From: Minisyncoccota bacterium
Lineage (GTDB): Bacteria > Patescibacteriota > Minisyncoccia > Phycocordibacterales > UBA9973
Length of the DNA stretch: 64,000 nucleotides
Reading direction: 5' to 3'
NCBI GenBank assembly: GCA_041675085.1
Contig: JBAYUN010000002.1
Span: 79,967-143,966, forward strand
Part shown: piece by piece, positions 36,436 through 46,282 of the stretch
Layout: each line of letters starts with the position of its first letter
Numbering within the stretch: the stretch's first letter is position 1
The notes under the pieces: model-generated
The model's database searches: none
Seen by the model: the letters and a program-made list of their open reading frames with translations, nothing else
What the model was told of the DNA's origin: nothing
Translations under genes and position numbers: made by a program

Positions 36436-36496
36436 ATTTAGATAAAAACATAAAAATAGATTTGCTCTAGCGCTCCATTTTGTTTATAATTTAAAT

Positions 36497-36958
36497 GTGG
36501 AAGACAAAAAAATATCTTGGGCAGTACCTGCCTATACTCATAGTGAAAAAAGTGTCGACTGGTTTTGGGCTCTCGGTATCGTAGCTGTCACCAGTAGTAT
36601 CATAGCTATCCTTTTAGCAAATTATTTTTTTGCTATTCTAATAGTCTTGGGTGGTATACTCATGGCTTATTTTGCTCACAAAGAACCCGAGACTCTTTAC
36701 TACGAATTGGACAAAAAAGGACTCAAAGTAAAAGACCGACTTTATCCATACAAAAGTATCTTGGCTTTTTGGGTAGATACAACTAAAAACCCTACCCTAT
36801 TCATCAAAACAGATAGAGTTTTCTTGCCAGTTATCCCTCTTAGTATCAACATAAACGTCTCAGAAAGGATCCGCGAAGCTTTCTTGGCGCAAGAAATTAA
36901 AGAAGAAGAAATGAAAGAGCATCCAGCCGAAGCTATCATGGAACTCATAGGATATTAA
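36497..36958 (+). CDS. Hypothetical membrane protein
   Basis: 153 aa with two N-terminal TM helices. Confidence 0.45.
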   Translation: MEDKKISWAVPAYTHSEKSVDWFWALGIVAVTSSIIAILLANYFFAILIVLGGILMAYFAHKEPETLYYELDKKGLKVKDRLYPYKSILAFWVDTTKNPTLFIKTDRVFLPVIPLSININVSERIREAFLAQEIKEEEMKEHPAEAIMELIGY

Positions 36959-37040
36959 ACAAAATCCTTCTTGGCTTTGATTTTTATCTTAAAACCTGTT
37001 AATCTAAGTCTAGCTATGTATTTTAATTAAAATAGCTTAT

Positions 37041-37112
37041 GCTTCCGTCGTTCAATGGATAGGACGCAACTTTGCGGAAGTTGTGATGTAGGTTCGATTC
37101 CTACCGGAAGCA
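37041..37112 (+). tRNA. tRNA-Arg (anticodon GCG)
   Basis: gcttccg-tc-gttcaatggataggac-g-caact-ttGCGga-agttg-tgat-gtaggttcgattcctac-cggaagc-a. Confidence 0.75.
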
Positions 37113-37113
37113 C

Positions 37114-37848
37114 ATGGAATACCCAATCAGACTCAATAAATATTTAGCTCTTAAAAACATAGCTACTAGACGTGGAGCCGACAAACTTATCGAAGAGCGT
37201 AAGGTTTTTATTAATGGCAAGGTAGCCGTATTAGGTAGTCAGGTCAAAGACGGAGACAAAGTCGAAGTCAAAGGGCAAAAAGAAGTTCCTTATCTTTACT
37301 ATGCTTATAACAAGCCTATCGGAGTCATAACTCATTCTCCAGGCGAAGATGAAGTAGATATAAAAGAAAGCGTCAAAAAACAAAATCAAAAAGTAGAAAA
37401 GAAAGCTCGTATACCCGAAGGTGTCTTCCCAGTCGGACGATTAGACAAAGCAAGTCATGGGCTTTTAATCCTGACCAACGACGGTAGAATAACCGACAAA
37501 CTTTTAAATCCAAAATACGTACACGAAAAAGAATACGTCGTAAGAACTAGCAACAAACTCCGCAATAATTTTAAAGACAAGATGGAAGCTGGAGTTAATA
37601 TTGAAGGCTACAAAACTAAAAAATGCAAAGTAGAAATAGTAAATGAAAATACTTTCAGGGTGATTCTCACCGAAGGCAAAAAGCATCAGATCCGTCGTAT
37701 GTGCTCGGCTCTATTCCAAGAAGTCGCCGACCTTAAACGCATCCGTGTTATGAATATCAAATTAGATAGATTACCTTCGAATTCTTCAAGAGTTATCAAA
37801 GGTAAAGAATTAGAAGTCTTCTTAGAAGAGATTTTAAATCAAAAATAA
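37114..37848 (+). CDS. RsuA/RluB-family pseudouridine synthase with N-terminal S4 domain
   Basis: S4-like N-terminus IRLNKYLALKNIATRRGADKLI and catalytic VGRLDKASHGLLILTNDG. The ATG lies 2 nt after tRNA-Arg. Confidence 0.75.
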   Translation: MEYPIRLNKYLALKNIATRRGADKLIEERKVFINGKVAVLGSQVKDGDKVEVKGQKEVPYLYYAYNKPIGVITHSPGEDEVDIKESVKKQNQKVEKKARIPEGVFPVGRLDKASHGLLILTNDGRITDKLLNPKYVHEKEYVVRTSNKLRNNFKDKMEAGVNIEGYKTKKCKVEIVNENTFRVILTEGKKHQIRRMCSALFQEVADLKRIRVMNIKLDRLPSNSSRVIKGKELEVFLEEILNQK

Positions 37849-37866
37849 TTCTTATATTATTCTAGA

Positions 37867-38130
37867 CTATTCACTTTGAGCCCATTCTTTGAGCTCTTCA
37901 TAAGTAGCTTCTCCGCAAATAAATTTATTGTTTTTTGTATTATAGAAAAAAGGCACTCCTCCACATAGATCTTTGTCGAGCTCGAGTAATTTCTTTTCAT
38001 TTTCTTCATTGTGCCAAACTTCAAGAGATTCTATTTTTATCCCCTCTTCTTTTTCGAGCTTAACAACTAGTTTCCTCATATCCAAACAATGAGGGCATTC
38101 CTCTCCATAAAATTCAAATAAATGTGACAT
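37867..38130 (-). CDS. Glutaredoxin/thioredoxin-fold small redox protein (NrdH/glutaredoxin-like)
   Basis: 87 aa. CPHC active site at residues 12-15. Confidence 0.6.
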   Translation of the reverse strand: MSHLFEFYGEECPHCLDMRKLVVKLEKEEGIKIESLEVWHNEENEKKLLELDKDLCGGVPFFYNTKNNKFICGEATYEELKEWAQSE

Positions 38131-38208
38131 AGCTATATTATATAATAAAAATTAGGAAAATAAAAAACCCTATAAATCTTTAAAGACCTACAGGGTTTTA
38201 ATAAAAAC

Positions 38209-38571
38209 TTACTTATAGACAAAAGCTTCTGAGCTTAAAATGTTTCTTGTCCCCTTTTGATCTAAGTCAAAAAGGTATTCGCTAACCAATCTCCGTCTTA
38301 GGTTAATCAAGAATTGATTTAACCATTCTTTAATTAATGTTTTTTCTGGTTCAGAAGTAATTTTTTGGTATGTTTTAACATCATTATTTCTGCTAATATG
38401 TCTGACTATTTCTTTGTATACTTCCTCAGCAGAATTGAAAACTGAATCCATTGTTTCATATTCTAGCTTTAAGCTAGAATTATCTTGATTATCAGATTCA
38501 TATAAAGACAGAATAATTTCAAAAATATTATTGTCGTCCATTTGTTTTACAATTTTTAAATTAAAGATCAA
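38209..38571 (-). CDS. Hypothetical protein
   Basis: 120-aa ORF with no motif. Confidence 0.4.
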   Translation of the reverse strand: MIFNLKIVKQMDDNNIFEIILSLYESDNQDNSSLKLEYETMDSVFNSAEEVYKEIVRHISRNNDVKTYQKITSEPEKTLIKEWLNQFLINLRRRLVSEYLFDLDQKGTRNILSSEAFVYK

Positions 38572-38620
38572 ATATCGTCTCTATACTACAATATCTCAAC
38601 TAAAATGCAAGTAAATAAAA

Positions 38621-38651
38621 AACCCTCTTAGTTTTACCTAAGAGGGTTTTT
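38621..38651. terminator. Bidirectional rho-independent terminator downstream of rpsT
   Basis: aaccctcttag-ttttacc-taagagggtt flanked by A and T runs. Confidence 0.65.
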
Positions 38652-38653
38652 AA

Positions 38654-38905
38654 TTATTTTACGAGTCTTGTTAAACGAGACTTCTTGCGAGAAGCATTAT
38701 TTTTCTTAATAACACCTCTTTTTGCTGCTTTATCAATAGCTTGATAAGCGACAGGCATCATTTTAATTGCTTCTGCTTTGTCTTTTTTAACAGTTTTCTC
38801 TATTTTTTTGATAATCTCCTTCATAACCTTTTTTCTTCTATCATTAAAGGCTTTTTTGCGAAGAGATCCGCGGATTGCTTTTACAGCTGATTTTGTTATT
38901 GGCAT
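38654..38905 (-). CDS. rpsT: 30S ribosomal protein S20
   Basis: MPITKSAVKAIRGSLRKKAFNDRRK... is a basic, S20-typical sequence. Confidence 0.8.
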   Translation of the reverse strand: MPITKSAVKAIRGSLRKKAFNDRRKKVMKEIIKKIEKTVKKDKAEAIKMMPVAYQAIDKAAKRGVIKKNNASRKKSRLTRLVK

Positions 38906-38951
38906 AAATGTAATATAACAGAAAAGACTAAAAAAGGCAAACTAAAACAGG

Positions 38952-39347
38952 TTAAGAAAAATTAATAACAAAACTATACATACCCATACTGCAAGTACCG
39001 GTAAATGGAACCCCAGCGACAGGTACACCTATATCTATCACCTCTTCCCCGGTTTGAGGTAAGACCTTTTGATAATTAATAGAACGAATAGTTAAAGCAG
39101 CGGAACAATCGAAGACCCCATTAGTCTTCACTATGAGCTTAGTAGGGATACCTGCTTGTGCCTGTGTGACTCTAGGAAAGTAACCTCCTCCGGCATTAAT
39201 AGTGACATATTGAATACCATCAATAATTTCTACTTTTTGTTGATTTTGATCTGTACTAGTATTTGGCTTGTTTGTTATAACTAAGGCTAGCCCTATCAAC
39301 AACAACATAGCTACTATACTCAGGAAAATTTTGGAATTAAATTTCAT
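38952..39347 (-). CDS. Secreted or membrane-anchored small protein, the distal gene of the copper locus
   Basis: 131 aa with an N-terminal signal-anchor and a Cys pair. Confidence 0.4.
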   Translation of the reverse strand: MKFNSKIFLSIVAMLLLIGLALVITNKPNTSTDQNQQKVEIIDGIQYVTINAGGGYFPRVTQAQAGIPTKLIVKTNGVFDCSAALTIRSINYQKVLPQTGEEVIDIGVPVAGVPFTGTCSMGMYSFVINFS

Positions 39348-39356
39348 ATTTTTAGA

Positions 39357-40364
39357 TTATATATTAAATAACGGATTAATAATACCCAAGGCGACGAGTC
39401 CACCCAAGAGCGCAAATAGACCTAACCCTATCACGACTACTCCGGAGGATTTAAAGAAAAGATTAGCGTATTTAGAATTAGCGAAAGAAGAAGAACCAAA
39501 AGACAACAATAGAAGTACCGGTAAAGTCCCTAAAGCAAAAGCAAACATTATCAGACTTCCATTTAGGAATGATCCACTCGATAGAGCTACGACTTGCATC
39601 GATTGAGTAAAACCACAAGGCAAGAAAAAAGTACCAAAACCAACAAGCAGTGGAGTAAAAGTTTTGTGCTCTATTTTTCTAAAGAATTTAAATATTCCCG
39701 AAGGTAATACAATTTTATTCTTTTCAAATATTCCAACTAAATTCAATCCGAGGAATATCATGACTGTAGATGCGATTAGTCCTAAAATAGCAGTCAGAGT
39801 AAAATTAATACCAATAATATTACCTACTAATCCTAGAGCTCCGCCCAATAAACCAAAACTCACCAATCTCCCAACATGGAACAAGATGAAAGTTTTCTTA
39901 TCACTGACGTTATCTTGAGACATCTTGGCAGACAAAGACAAGACGAGCCCTCCGACAATAGCCAAACAAGAAGATACCGACGCAATGAGTCCAACGATGA
40001 AACTTGTAGTTGGCGTAGTCTTACCTCCAAAACCCAGATTTAGAATTCCAGATTTTTGAAGTAAAAAGAAAAGTATCAAGAAACCTAAACCTATAGGTAT
40101 TGCTTGCCACAAAATATCATTATTTTGTTTTTCTACTTTAATATTTTCAACTGAAAGAATATAGCCGTTAGTTTTGATAAGACTACCAAGAATTTCAACT
40201 AACTCTTCTTTACTTTTCGAACTATCAGTCTCGATATCTACCGTCGCAGTTTTTAAATCAACTTTTACATTTTTAACTATCTCCTCTTCCCCTAAAACAT
40301 CTTCGATTAATATCTTGCAAGATGCACAATGTGTACCCGAAACATGAAATGTATATTTGTTCAT
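39357..40364 (-). CDS. Fusion protein with an N-terminal heavy-metal-associated (HMA) domain and a polytopic membrane domain (CcdA/DsbD- or TauE-like)
   Basis: N-terminal FHVSGTHCASCKILIEDVL (GMxCxxC HMA motif), then about 8 TM helices with membrane-embedded Cys (FLPCGFT). Confidence 0.55.
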   Translation of the reverse strand: MNKYTFHVSGTHCASCKILIEDVLGEEEIVKNVKVDLKTATVDIETDSSKSKEELVEILGSLIKTNGYILSVENIKVEKQNNDILWQAIPIGLGFLILFFLLQKSGILNLGFGGKTTPTTSFIVGLIASVSSCLAIVGGLVLSLSAKMSQDNVSDKKTFILFHVGRLVSFGLLGGALGLVGNIIGINFTLTAILGLIASTVMIFLGLNLVGIFEKNKIVLPSGIFKFFRKIEHKTFTPLLVGFGTFFLPCGFTQSMQVVALSSGSFLNGSLIMFAFALGTLPVLLLLSFGSSSFANSKYANLFFKSSGVVVIGLGLFALLGGLVALGIINPLFNI

Positions 40365-40375
40365 AATTTTATTAG

Positions 40376-40909
40376 TTACTTTGCAAAAGGTTCTGGTGAA
40401 TTATTTTTATTTCGACTGATAAAATCTAGTATTTTAGTTTCGTCGTATTCTTCCATATTTTCTAATCTAGTCCAGGAAGCTAAAACTATTCTAGAATCGT
40501 TTCCTTCTCTAGGAGAGATTATAACACTTTGTGAATTTGCTTTTGCTATTTTTTTAAGATTCTCAAGCGTAGATTCATCAATATTTTTATAAGAAATCCA
40601 AATACCTCCATGTTCTAGATTGTGTACAACTTGCTCGTCTATTAAAGGATTGTTATAGACTCCCCATTTTGCAGGATCCACCCAATGGGCACCTGAAGTT
40701 GGTGGATTAGAATTATATGCTTCATGCTCCTCTCCTGGTTTTATATGAGAGACCTTTTGTTCTGGAAATACTTGACCAATAGGACCTAAATTTTCAGTAT
40801 TTTTTTCTGCTTTAAAGGGGGCCAGTTTTGTATCTTGATTAAGTGCCCAAGCTATTAAGCTTCCTACAAACAAGAACACTGCTACTGTGATGATTATATA
40901 TTTTTTCAT
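40376..40909 (-). CDS. DUF3105-domain membrane-anchored protein
   Basis: Signal-anchor plus the SGAHW...HNLEHGGIWI motif characteristic of DUF3105. Confidence 0.55.
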   Translation of the reverse strand: MKKYIIITVAVFLFVGSLIAWALNQDTKLAPFKAEKNTENLGPIGQVFPEQKVSHIKPGEEHEAYNSNPPTSGAHWVDPAKWGVYNNPLIDEQVVHNLEHGGIWISYKNIDESTLENLKKIAKANSQSVIISPREGNDSRIVLASWTRLENMEEYDETKILDFISRNKNNSPEPFAK

Positions 40910-40926
40910 AATTTTAATTATAATTT

Positions 40927-41556
40927 TTATTTATACCAAGTATTATACCAACCTTGCATTTGTTCTATTTCTTTTGTTTGAGATTCGATAATATTATTTG
41001 CAAGTGTTAGCATTTCGGGTCTATTTGTTCCAGCCTTAAGCATCTGAGCCATCATCACAGCTAGTTGATGATGAGGAATCATACCTTCAATAAATGCTTT
41101 ATCGAAATCACTTGCGTTCTCTAATGCACTCATATCTTCTGTTCCTCCCATATGCATTCCACGACCTGACATCATACCTCCACCCATTCTAGATGTATTT
41201 GCCTTAGGCACATCAGCATCAAACCAATCTTTATACCAACTTTTCATATCCACTATTTCTTTATTTTGAGCTTCGATAATAGCTATTGCTAGGGTTTTTA
41301 TTTCTGGGTGGGTAGCTTTTGTTAAAGCAAGTGTAGCCATATCAATAGCTCCTTCATGATGAGGAATCATTTGTTCTATAAAGTGGCTGTCCATTCTATT
41401 AATATCACCACCTACCCTGTCACCAAACACACCTCCATTACTACGAAAATTATTTCCGTACATCATACCTCTATACCCTGAAATGTTACTAAGTAGTAAT
41501 ACTATGATTACTCCCAACACCACTCCTCCAACTCCAAACATAATTTTATTGTTCAT
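40927..41556 (-). CDS. DUF305-domain protein (copper-resistance-associated, ferritin-like)
   Basis: Two histidine-rich repeats: MIPHHEGAIDMA and MIPHHQLAVMMAQ. Confidence 0.65.
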   Translation of the reverse strand: MNNKIMFGVGGVVLGVIIVLLLSNISGYRGMMYGNNFRSNGGVFGDRVGGDINRMDSHFIEQMIPHHEGAIDMATLALTKATHPEIKTLAIAIIEAQNKEIVDMKSWYKDWFDADVPKANTSRMGGGMMSGRGMHMGGTEDMSALENASDFDKAFIEGMIPHHQLAVMMAQMLKAGTNRPEMLTLANNIIESQTKEIEQMQGWYNTWYK

Positions 41557-41573
41557 ATAATTTTTAATTTACT

Positions 41574-43844
41574 TTATAATTTCTTACTTTTAATTCTTAA
41601 TGAATTAGACACAACAGCAACAGATGAAAATGCCATAGCCAGGCCTGCAAAAACAGGATTGAGGAGCCACCCATTTATAGGATAAAATAGTCCTGCCGCG
41701 AGAGGTATACCTATAATATTAAAAATAAAAGCCCAGAAAAGATTTTGTTTGATACCTAGCATGGTCATTTTGGATAATTTGATTGCACTTTTGATCTTCA
41801 TAATATCTCCACCCAAAAGAGTTATTCCAGCAGATTCTATCGCTACGTCTGTCCCCGTACCCATAGCGATACCTACGTCAGCAGATGCGAGTGCAGGAGC
41901 ATCATTAATACCATCTCCAACCATTGCCACAATATTATTATTTTCTTGCAATTCTTTTATTTTTCCAGCTTTTTGTTTTGGTAGTACTTCAGCAATTACT
42001 TCATCTATACCTGCCTGCTTAGCAATATATCTTGCAGCTGGATAATTATCCCCTGTTAACATTACTATTTTAATTTTTAATTTATGTAAAACACTTATCA
42101 ATTCTTTTGCTTCGTTTTTCAAAGTATCACTGAGGGCAATTAATCCAATTAATTTTTTATCTATCTCAATAAGAACAACAGTTTTTCCTTGCTCTTGTAA
42201 ATTCGTAATTTCATTATTTCTAATATCATCCTTTGATGGTTTATGAATATATATTTCTTTACCGTCTAGAAATCCAGTCACCCCTACCCCCTCTAAGGCT
42301 GTAAACTTTTCCACTTTCCCTGGTGTAATATTTTTTAATTCTGCGTATTTTACTATAGCAGAAGCGAGTGGATGCTCTGAAAGATTCTCTATACTAGAAG
42401 CCATATATAAAACCTCATTTGTTGTAAAATTATTGTCTAATAAAATAACATCTGTTACTTCTGGCTTACCTTTTGTTAAAGTGCCGGTTTTATCTAAGAC
42501 AACAATATTTACTTTACTTAATTTTTCTAAAGCTTCTGCATCTTTAATCAATATTCCATTTACCGCTCCTTTACCAACTCCGACTATTATTGCAGTAGGT
42601 GTCGCAAGTCCAAGGGCGCAAGGACAAGCTATAACCAAAACTCCAACAAATGACAATATTCCAAAAGATAAAGCGGATGAAAATCCTAATACTATTGTTC
42701 CTATTGTAAGCCATAGTATCAAGGATAATGCAGCAATTATTAATACAACAGGGACAAAGACATTTGATATTTTATCCGCCAATGCTTGTATTGGGGCTTT
42801 TGAACCCTGAGCCTGTTCTACCATTTTTATTATTTGTGACAAGAAAGTATCGGCTCCTATTTTATTTGTTTTAAATTTGAAATTCCCTTGAATATTCATA
42901 GTGGCCCCATAGACATTATCCCCTGTCTTTTTATCAACAGGGATTGATTCACCTGTAATCATTGATTCATCTATTGACGATTGACCCTCAATTATTTCTC
43001 CATCTACTGGGATCTTTTCACCAGGTTTTACTATTATTATATCTCCTATTTTTACTTCATTGATTGATACTTCCACCTCAATTCCATCTTTTAATACCCG
43101 AGCAGTTTTTGCTTGTAGATTTAATAATTTTTCAATAGCTTCTCCTGTTCGTAATTTTGATCTCATTTCAAGATATTTTCCAAAAACAATAAAACCTATT
43201 ACCACTATAGTTACATCAAAATAAGTTTCTTCTGGAAAACCCAACAGTTCTCTCATTTCAGGCAGAAGTAAGATAAAAATACTATAAAAATACGCAACAG
43301 AAGTTCCTATACCAATCAAGGTATCCATATTAGCGACACGGTATTTAATAAATCTTAATACGCCTTGTAAAAAAGGTTGCCCTACCCAAAAAAGACTGAC
43401 TGTTGCTAAGATCATAGATATGATCCCATAAAGACTCATAGGTATAGGAAAATTTGGTACAAAAAGAAACAACCGTGCTCCTATCTCCCACATCATTAAA
43501 AAGAAGACAAGTAATGATATAGGTAAAACAAATTGCATTTTCATTTTCATTTCTGCTAATTCATTCTCTTTATCAATTTTTTTTTGATTCAATTCTAAAT
43601 GCATACTATGGTCTTCTTTCATTGTATTAGGATCTTCATCAATAAAATTATATCCAAGTTTTTCTATTTCAGAATTCATAGTAGAAACAGAAATTTTACT
43701 ATCATCAAAAATCACGTCAGCTTTCTCTGTAGCGTAATTCACATTAACAGAATCCACTCCCTCTAATTTAGCAACTTTTTTAGTAATAATTGCTGAGCAA
43801 CTAGCACAGTGCATTCCTTTAACTTTTAATGTTTTATTTGTCAT
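41574..43844 (-). CDS. copA: Copper-translocating P1B-type ATPase
   Basis: N-terminal [11 protein letters not shown], membrane CPC motif ([11 protein letters not shown]), DKTGTLT and [10 protein letters not shown]. Confidence 0.85.
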   Translation of the reverse strand: MTNKTLKVKGMHCASCSAIITKKVAKLEGVDSVNVNYATEKADVIFDDSKISVSTMNSEIEKLGYNFIDEDPNTMKEDHSMHLELNQKKIDKENELAEMKMKMQFVLPISLLVFFLMMWEIGARLFLFVPNFPIPMSLYGIISMILATVSLFWVGQPFLQGVLRFIKYRVANMDTLIGIGTSVAYFYSIFILLLPEMRELLGFPEETYFDVTIVVIGFIVFGKYLEMRSKLRTGEAIEKLLNLQAKTARVLKDGIEVEVSINEVKIGDIIIVKPGEKIPVDGEIIEGQSSIDESMITGESIPVDKKTGDNVYGATMNIQGNFKFKTNKIGADTFLSQIIKMVEQAQGSKAPIQALADKISNVFVPVVLIIAALSLILWLTIGTIVLGFSSALSFGILSFVGVLVIACPCALGLATPTAIIVGVGKGAVNGILIKDAEALEKLSKVNIVVLDKTGTLTKGKPEVTDVILLDNNFTTNEVLYMASSIENLSEHPLASAIVKYAELKNITPGKVEKFTALEGVGVTGFLDGKEIYIHKPSKDDIRNNEITNLQEQGKTVVLIEIDKKLIGLIALSDTLKNEAKELISVLHKLKIKIVMLTGDNYPAARYIAKQAGIDEVIAEVLPKQKAGKIKELQENNNIVAMVGDGINDAPALASADVGIAMGTGTDVAIESAGITLLGGDIMKIKSAIKLSKMTMLGIKQNLFWAFIFNIIGIPLAAGLFYPINGWLLNPVFAGLAMAFSSVAVVSNSLRIKSKKL

Positions 43845-43856
43845 ATGTTTAAAAAA

Positions 43857-44420
43857 TTAAATATTGTACCAATCTTTTCTCCAATTCTTAAAAACCTCTA
43901 AAGTATCTTTAAGAAAAGTTTCGACCGCGTCAGCATTATTCAAAACTTCTAATCTGCTAGATTTGGTTTTTATATCTTTTGTCATTTCTAGACCCATATC
44001 ATGATGAGCCATAAGTGCATTCAAAAAACGTAAATCGTAATTTTCATCATACGCACCGAGATTTGAAACTACTGGATCTTTTACTTTACGAGTATCTCGA
44101 TACCAATCTTTTTTCCACGCATATAATTCATCAATCGCCCCAGGCTCATTAGTTAATATTTTTTCGGCTAATTCTTTTATTTCGGGACGTTCTGAATAAT
44201 TTTGAGCTTGCTCTGCTAAAAGCATAGCTCCCCTATGATGAGAAATCATGGCATTTAAATATCTTAAATCTACAGTTCTATCGGCTCTACCGAAATCCAT
44301 ATCAGATTTATCATACATATTTACTTTATATTCTGGATTTGTAAAATAACCTAATAAGACTCCCAATACACCTGAAATAATTATTAATGCTATAGCTAAA
44401 GTTGTAGATATTTTTGACAT
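43857..44420 (-). CDS. DUF305-domain protein
   Basis: MISHHRGAMLLAE and LMAHHDMGLEM repeats, with a signal-anchor. Confidence 0.6.
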   Translation of the reverse strand: MSKISTTLAIALIIISGVLGVLLGYFTNPEYKVNMYDKSDMDFGRADRTVDLRYLNAMISHHRGAMLLAEQAQNYSERPEIKELAEKILTNEPGAIDELYAWKKDWYRDTRKVKDPVVSNLGAYDENYDLRFLNALMAHHDMGLEMTKDIKTKSSRLEVLNNADAVETFLKDTLEVFKNWRKDWYNI

Positions 44421-44425
44421 ATATT

Positions 44426-44689
44426 TTATTTTTTCTTTAATTGATAAACTTTTAATATTTCATTGGTGGCCTTGTCGGTCTCACCTCTTTTAATTTGATT
44501 AACAACACAATGACCCAAATGTTCTTTCAATAACACGTCTTCCACTCCCGAGAGAGCTTGCTTGATAGCTGACGTTTGAGTGATAACATCAATACAATAA
44601 GTATCATTCGCTATGAGATTCTCTAAACCCCTAACCTGCCCTTGTATTATTTTAAGTCTTTTTATTAACTTTTCTTTTTCTGTTTTCAT
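44426..44689 (-). CDS. csoR: CsoR/RcnR-family copper-sensing repressor
   Basis: 87 aa with the C-x-H-x-C signature (YCIDV...HLGHC). Confidence 0.8.
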   Translation of the reverse strand: MKTEKEKLIKRLKIIQGQVRGLENLIANDTYCIDVITQTSAIKQALSGVEDVLLKEHLGHCVVNQIKRGETDKATNEILKVYQLKKK

Positions 44690-44697
44690 GAACTAAG

Positions 44698-44720
44698 TAT
44701 ATACCCCCTAGGGGTATATG
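44698..44720. promoter_or_regulatory. CsoR-type operator: G/C-tract pseudo-palindrome upstream of csoR
   Basis: tatatACCCCCtaGGGGTatat lies 9 nt upstream of the csoR start codon. It matches the ATACCC-N-GGGTAT architecture of known CsoR sites. Confidence 0.6.
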
Positions 44721-44769
44721 TCAAACCTCTTTGTTTGGGTATAACTATATAATTTGGTAAACTATAAAC

Positions 44770-45342
44770 ATGATAGCTAGCATCACAGGCAAAATAACCC
44801 TAATAAAAGACAAATTCATGGTCATAGAGACCAACGGTTTAGGCTACAAAGTTCACGTCTCCCCCGACATTATCGACAGACATACAAAAAATACTAATAC
44901 CGAAATCTCTCTTTTTATTTATTCTCATATCCGTGAAGATGCTTTTGACCTATACGGCTTCTTAGAATACTCTGATTTAGAATTTTTTGAAATGCTTATT
45001 AGTGTATCGGGTATCGGACCGAAAGGAGCTCTCGTTATACTCGCAGTAGCTAGCACTAATACTCTGAAAAAAGCTATCAAGCAAAATGACCTCGGTTATC
45101 TGACGAAGATATCCGGTATCGGTAAAAAGACTGCAGAGAAAATGATACTCGAGCTCCGAGACAAAGTAGGAATAGCAGAAGAGAATGATAGTAGTCTCCA
45201 AAACGAACTAGATGTACTCGAAGCCTTAAAGGCGCTCGGTTATTCTCAATACCAAGTACGTGAAACTTTGAAACAAATGGATCCTAGTATGGACACAAAT
45301 ACAAAAATCCGAGAAGCGTTAAAAATATTAGGTAAAATGTAA
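44770..45342 (+). CDS. ruvA: Holliday junction branch-migration protein RuvA
   Basis: The N-terminus MIASITGKI...NGLGYKVHVS is the RuvA domain I signature. 190 aa. Confidence 0.8.
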   Translation: MIASITGKITLIKDKFMVIETNGLGYKVHVSPDIIDRHTKNTNTEISLFIYSHIREDAFDLYGFLEYSDLEFFEMLISVSGIGPKGALVILAVASTNTLKKAIKQNDLGYLTKISGIGKKTAEKMILELRDKVGIAEENDSSLQNELDVLEALKALGYSQYQVRETLKQMDPSMDTNTKIREALKILGKM

Positions 45343-45343
45343 T

Positions 45344-46243
45344 ATGCCAGAATTACCAGAAGTAGAAAATCTAAGACTAGGATTAGAAAGTAAAATCCTC
45401 GGACAGAAAATACTAAAAGTAGAAGTCTATAAACCTAAATTAGTCTCGAGCAAGAGTACTAAACGCACTCCTTCCAAAAAGAAAGTCGTAGAATTTGAGA
45501 ACGGTTTAACTAATGAGAAATTCATCGCCGTAGAAAGACGAGCCAAGAATCTGATCTTTAGACTAAGTCACGACAAGATAATCCTAGTTCATCTAAAAAT
45601 GACGGGGCAATTCGTCTATAAATCTAAAAAGAAAGAAAAGAATATTACGGGCGGGCATCCGATATTTCTCTCTGAGAGTGAATTGCCAAACAAGCACACT
45701 CATATCATATTTCATTTATCAAACGGGACTCTGTATTATAACGACACCCGTATGTTTGGGTACGTACTATATTATCCAAGTCAAAAAGAATTCGACAAAG
45801 AAAATCATTTTAAAAAATTGGGCTTAGAGCCAGTAGAAAAAGATTTTAATTCTGCATATTTCTCTCAAAAATTAAAAACTAAAAAAGGCAAAATCAAAGC
45901 CGTCTTATTAAATCAAGATATCGTCACCGGCGTCGGCAATATCTACGCGGACGAGAGCTTGTTTGAGTCTGGTATCAGACCTGACCGACAAGCTAATACT
46001 TTAAAAATTGATGAAGTATCTAAATTACATAAAGCTATAATTAGAATTATAAAAAAAGCTATTTCTGTCGGAGGCTCAAGTGTAGCTACCTATCGCCTAC
46101 TCGACGATACAGAAGGCAACTATGCGAGAGAGCATAAAGTTTACGGTAAAGTTGGCAAGAAATGTGTGAACTGTGAGGAAAAACTTGAGAAAATAATAAT
46201 CCAAAGTCGTACTACTATCTTTTGCAAAAATTGCCAGAAATAA
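45344..46243 (+). CDS. mutM: Formamidopyrimidine-DNA glycosylase (Fpg/MutM)
   Basis: N-terminal MPELPEVE catalytic Pro2/Glu3 and a C-terminal zinc finger CVNC...CKNC. Confidence 0.85.
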   Translation: MPELPEVENLRLGLESKILGQKILKVEVYKPKLVSSKSTKRTPSKKKVVEFENGLTNEKFIAVERRAKNLIFRLSHDKIILVHLKMTGQFVYKSKKKEKNITGGHPIFLSESELPNKHTHIIFHLSNGTLYYNDTRMFGYVLYYPSQKEFDKENHFKKLGLEPVEKDFNSAYFSQKLKTKKGKIKAVLLNQDIVTGVGNIYADESLFESGIRPDRQANTLKIDEVSKLHKAIIRIIKKAISVGGSSVATYRLLDDTEGNYAREHKVYGKVGKKCVNCEEKLEKIIIQSRTTIFCKNCQK

Positions 46244-46282
46244 AATATTTTAAAAAATTAGATTAATTGATATAATATACGG

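Noticed and set aside
38166-38200. Terminator-like hairpin between the glutaredoxin-like gene and the ORF at 38209.
   Set aside because: The stem is only about 7 bp (aaaccct/agggttt) with a 20-nt loop. It is too weak to call a terminator.
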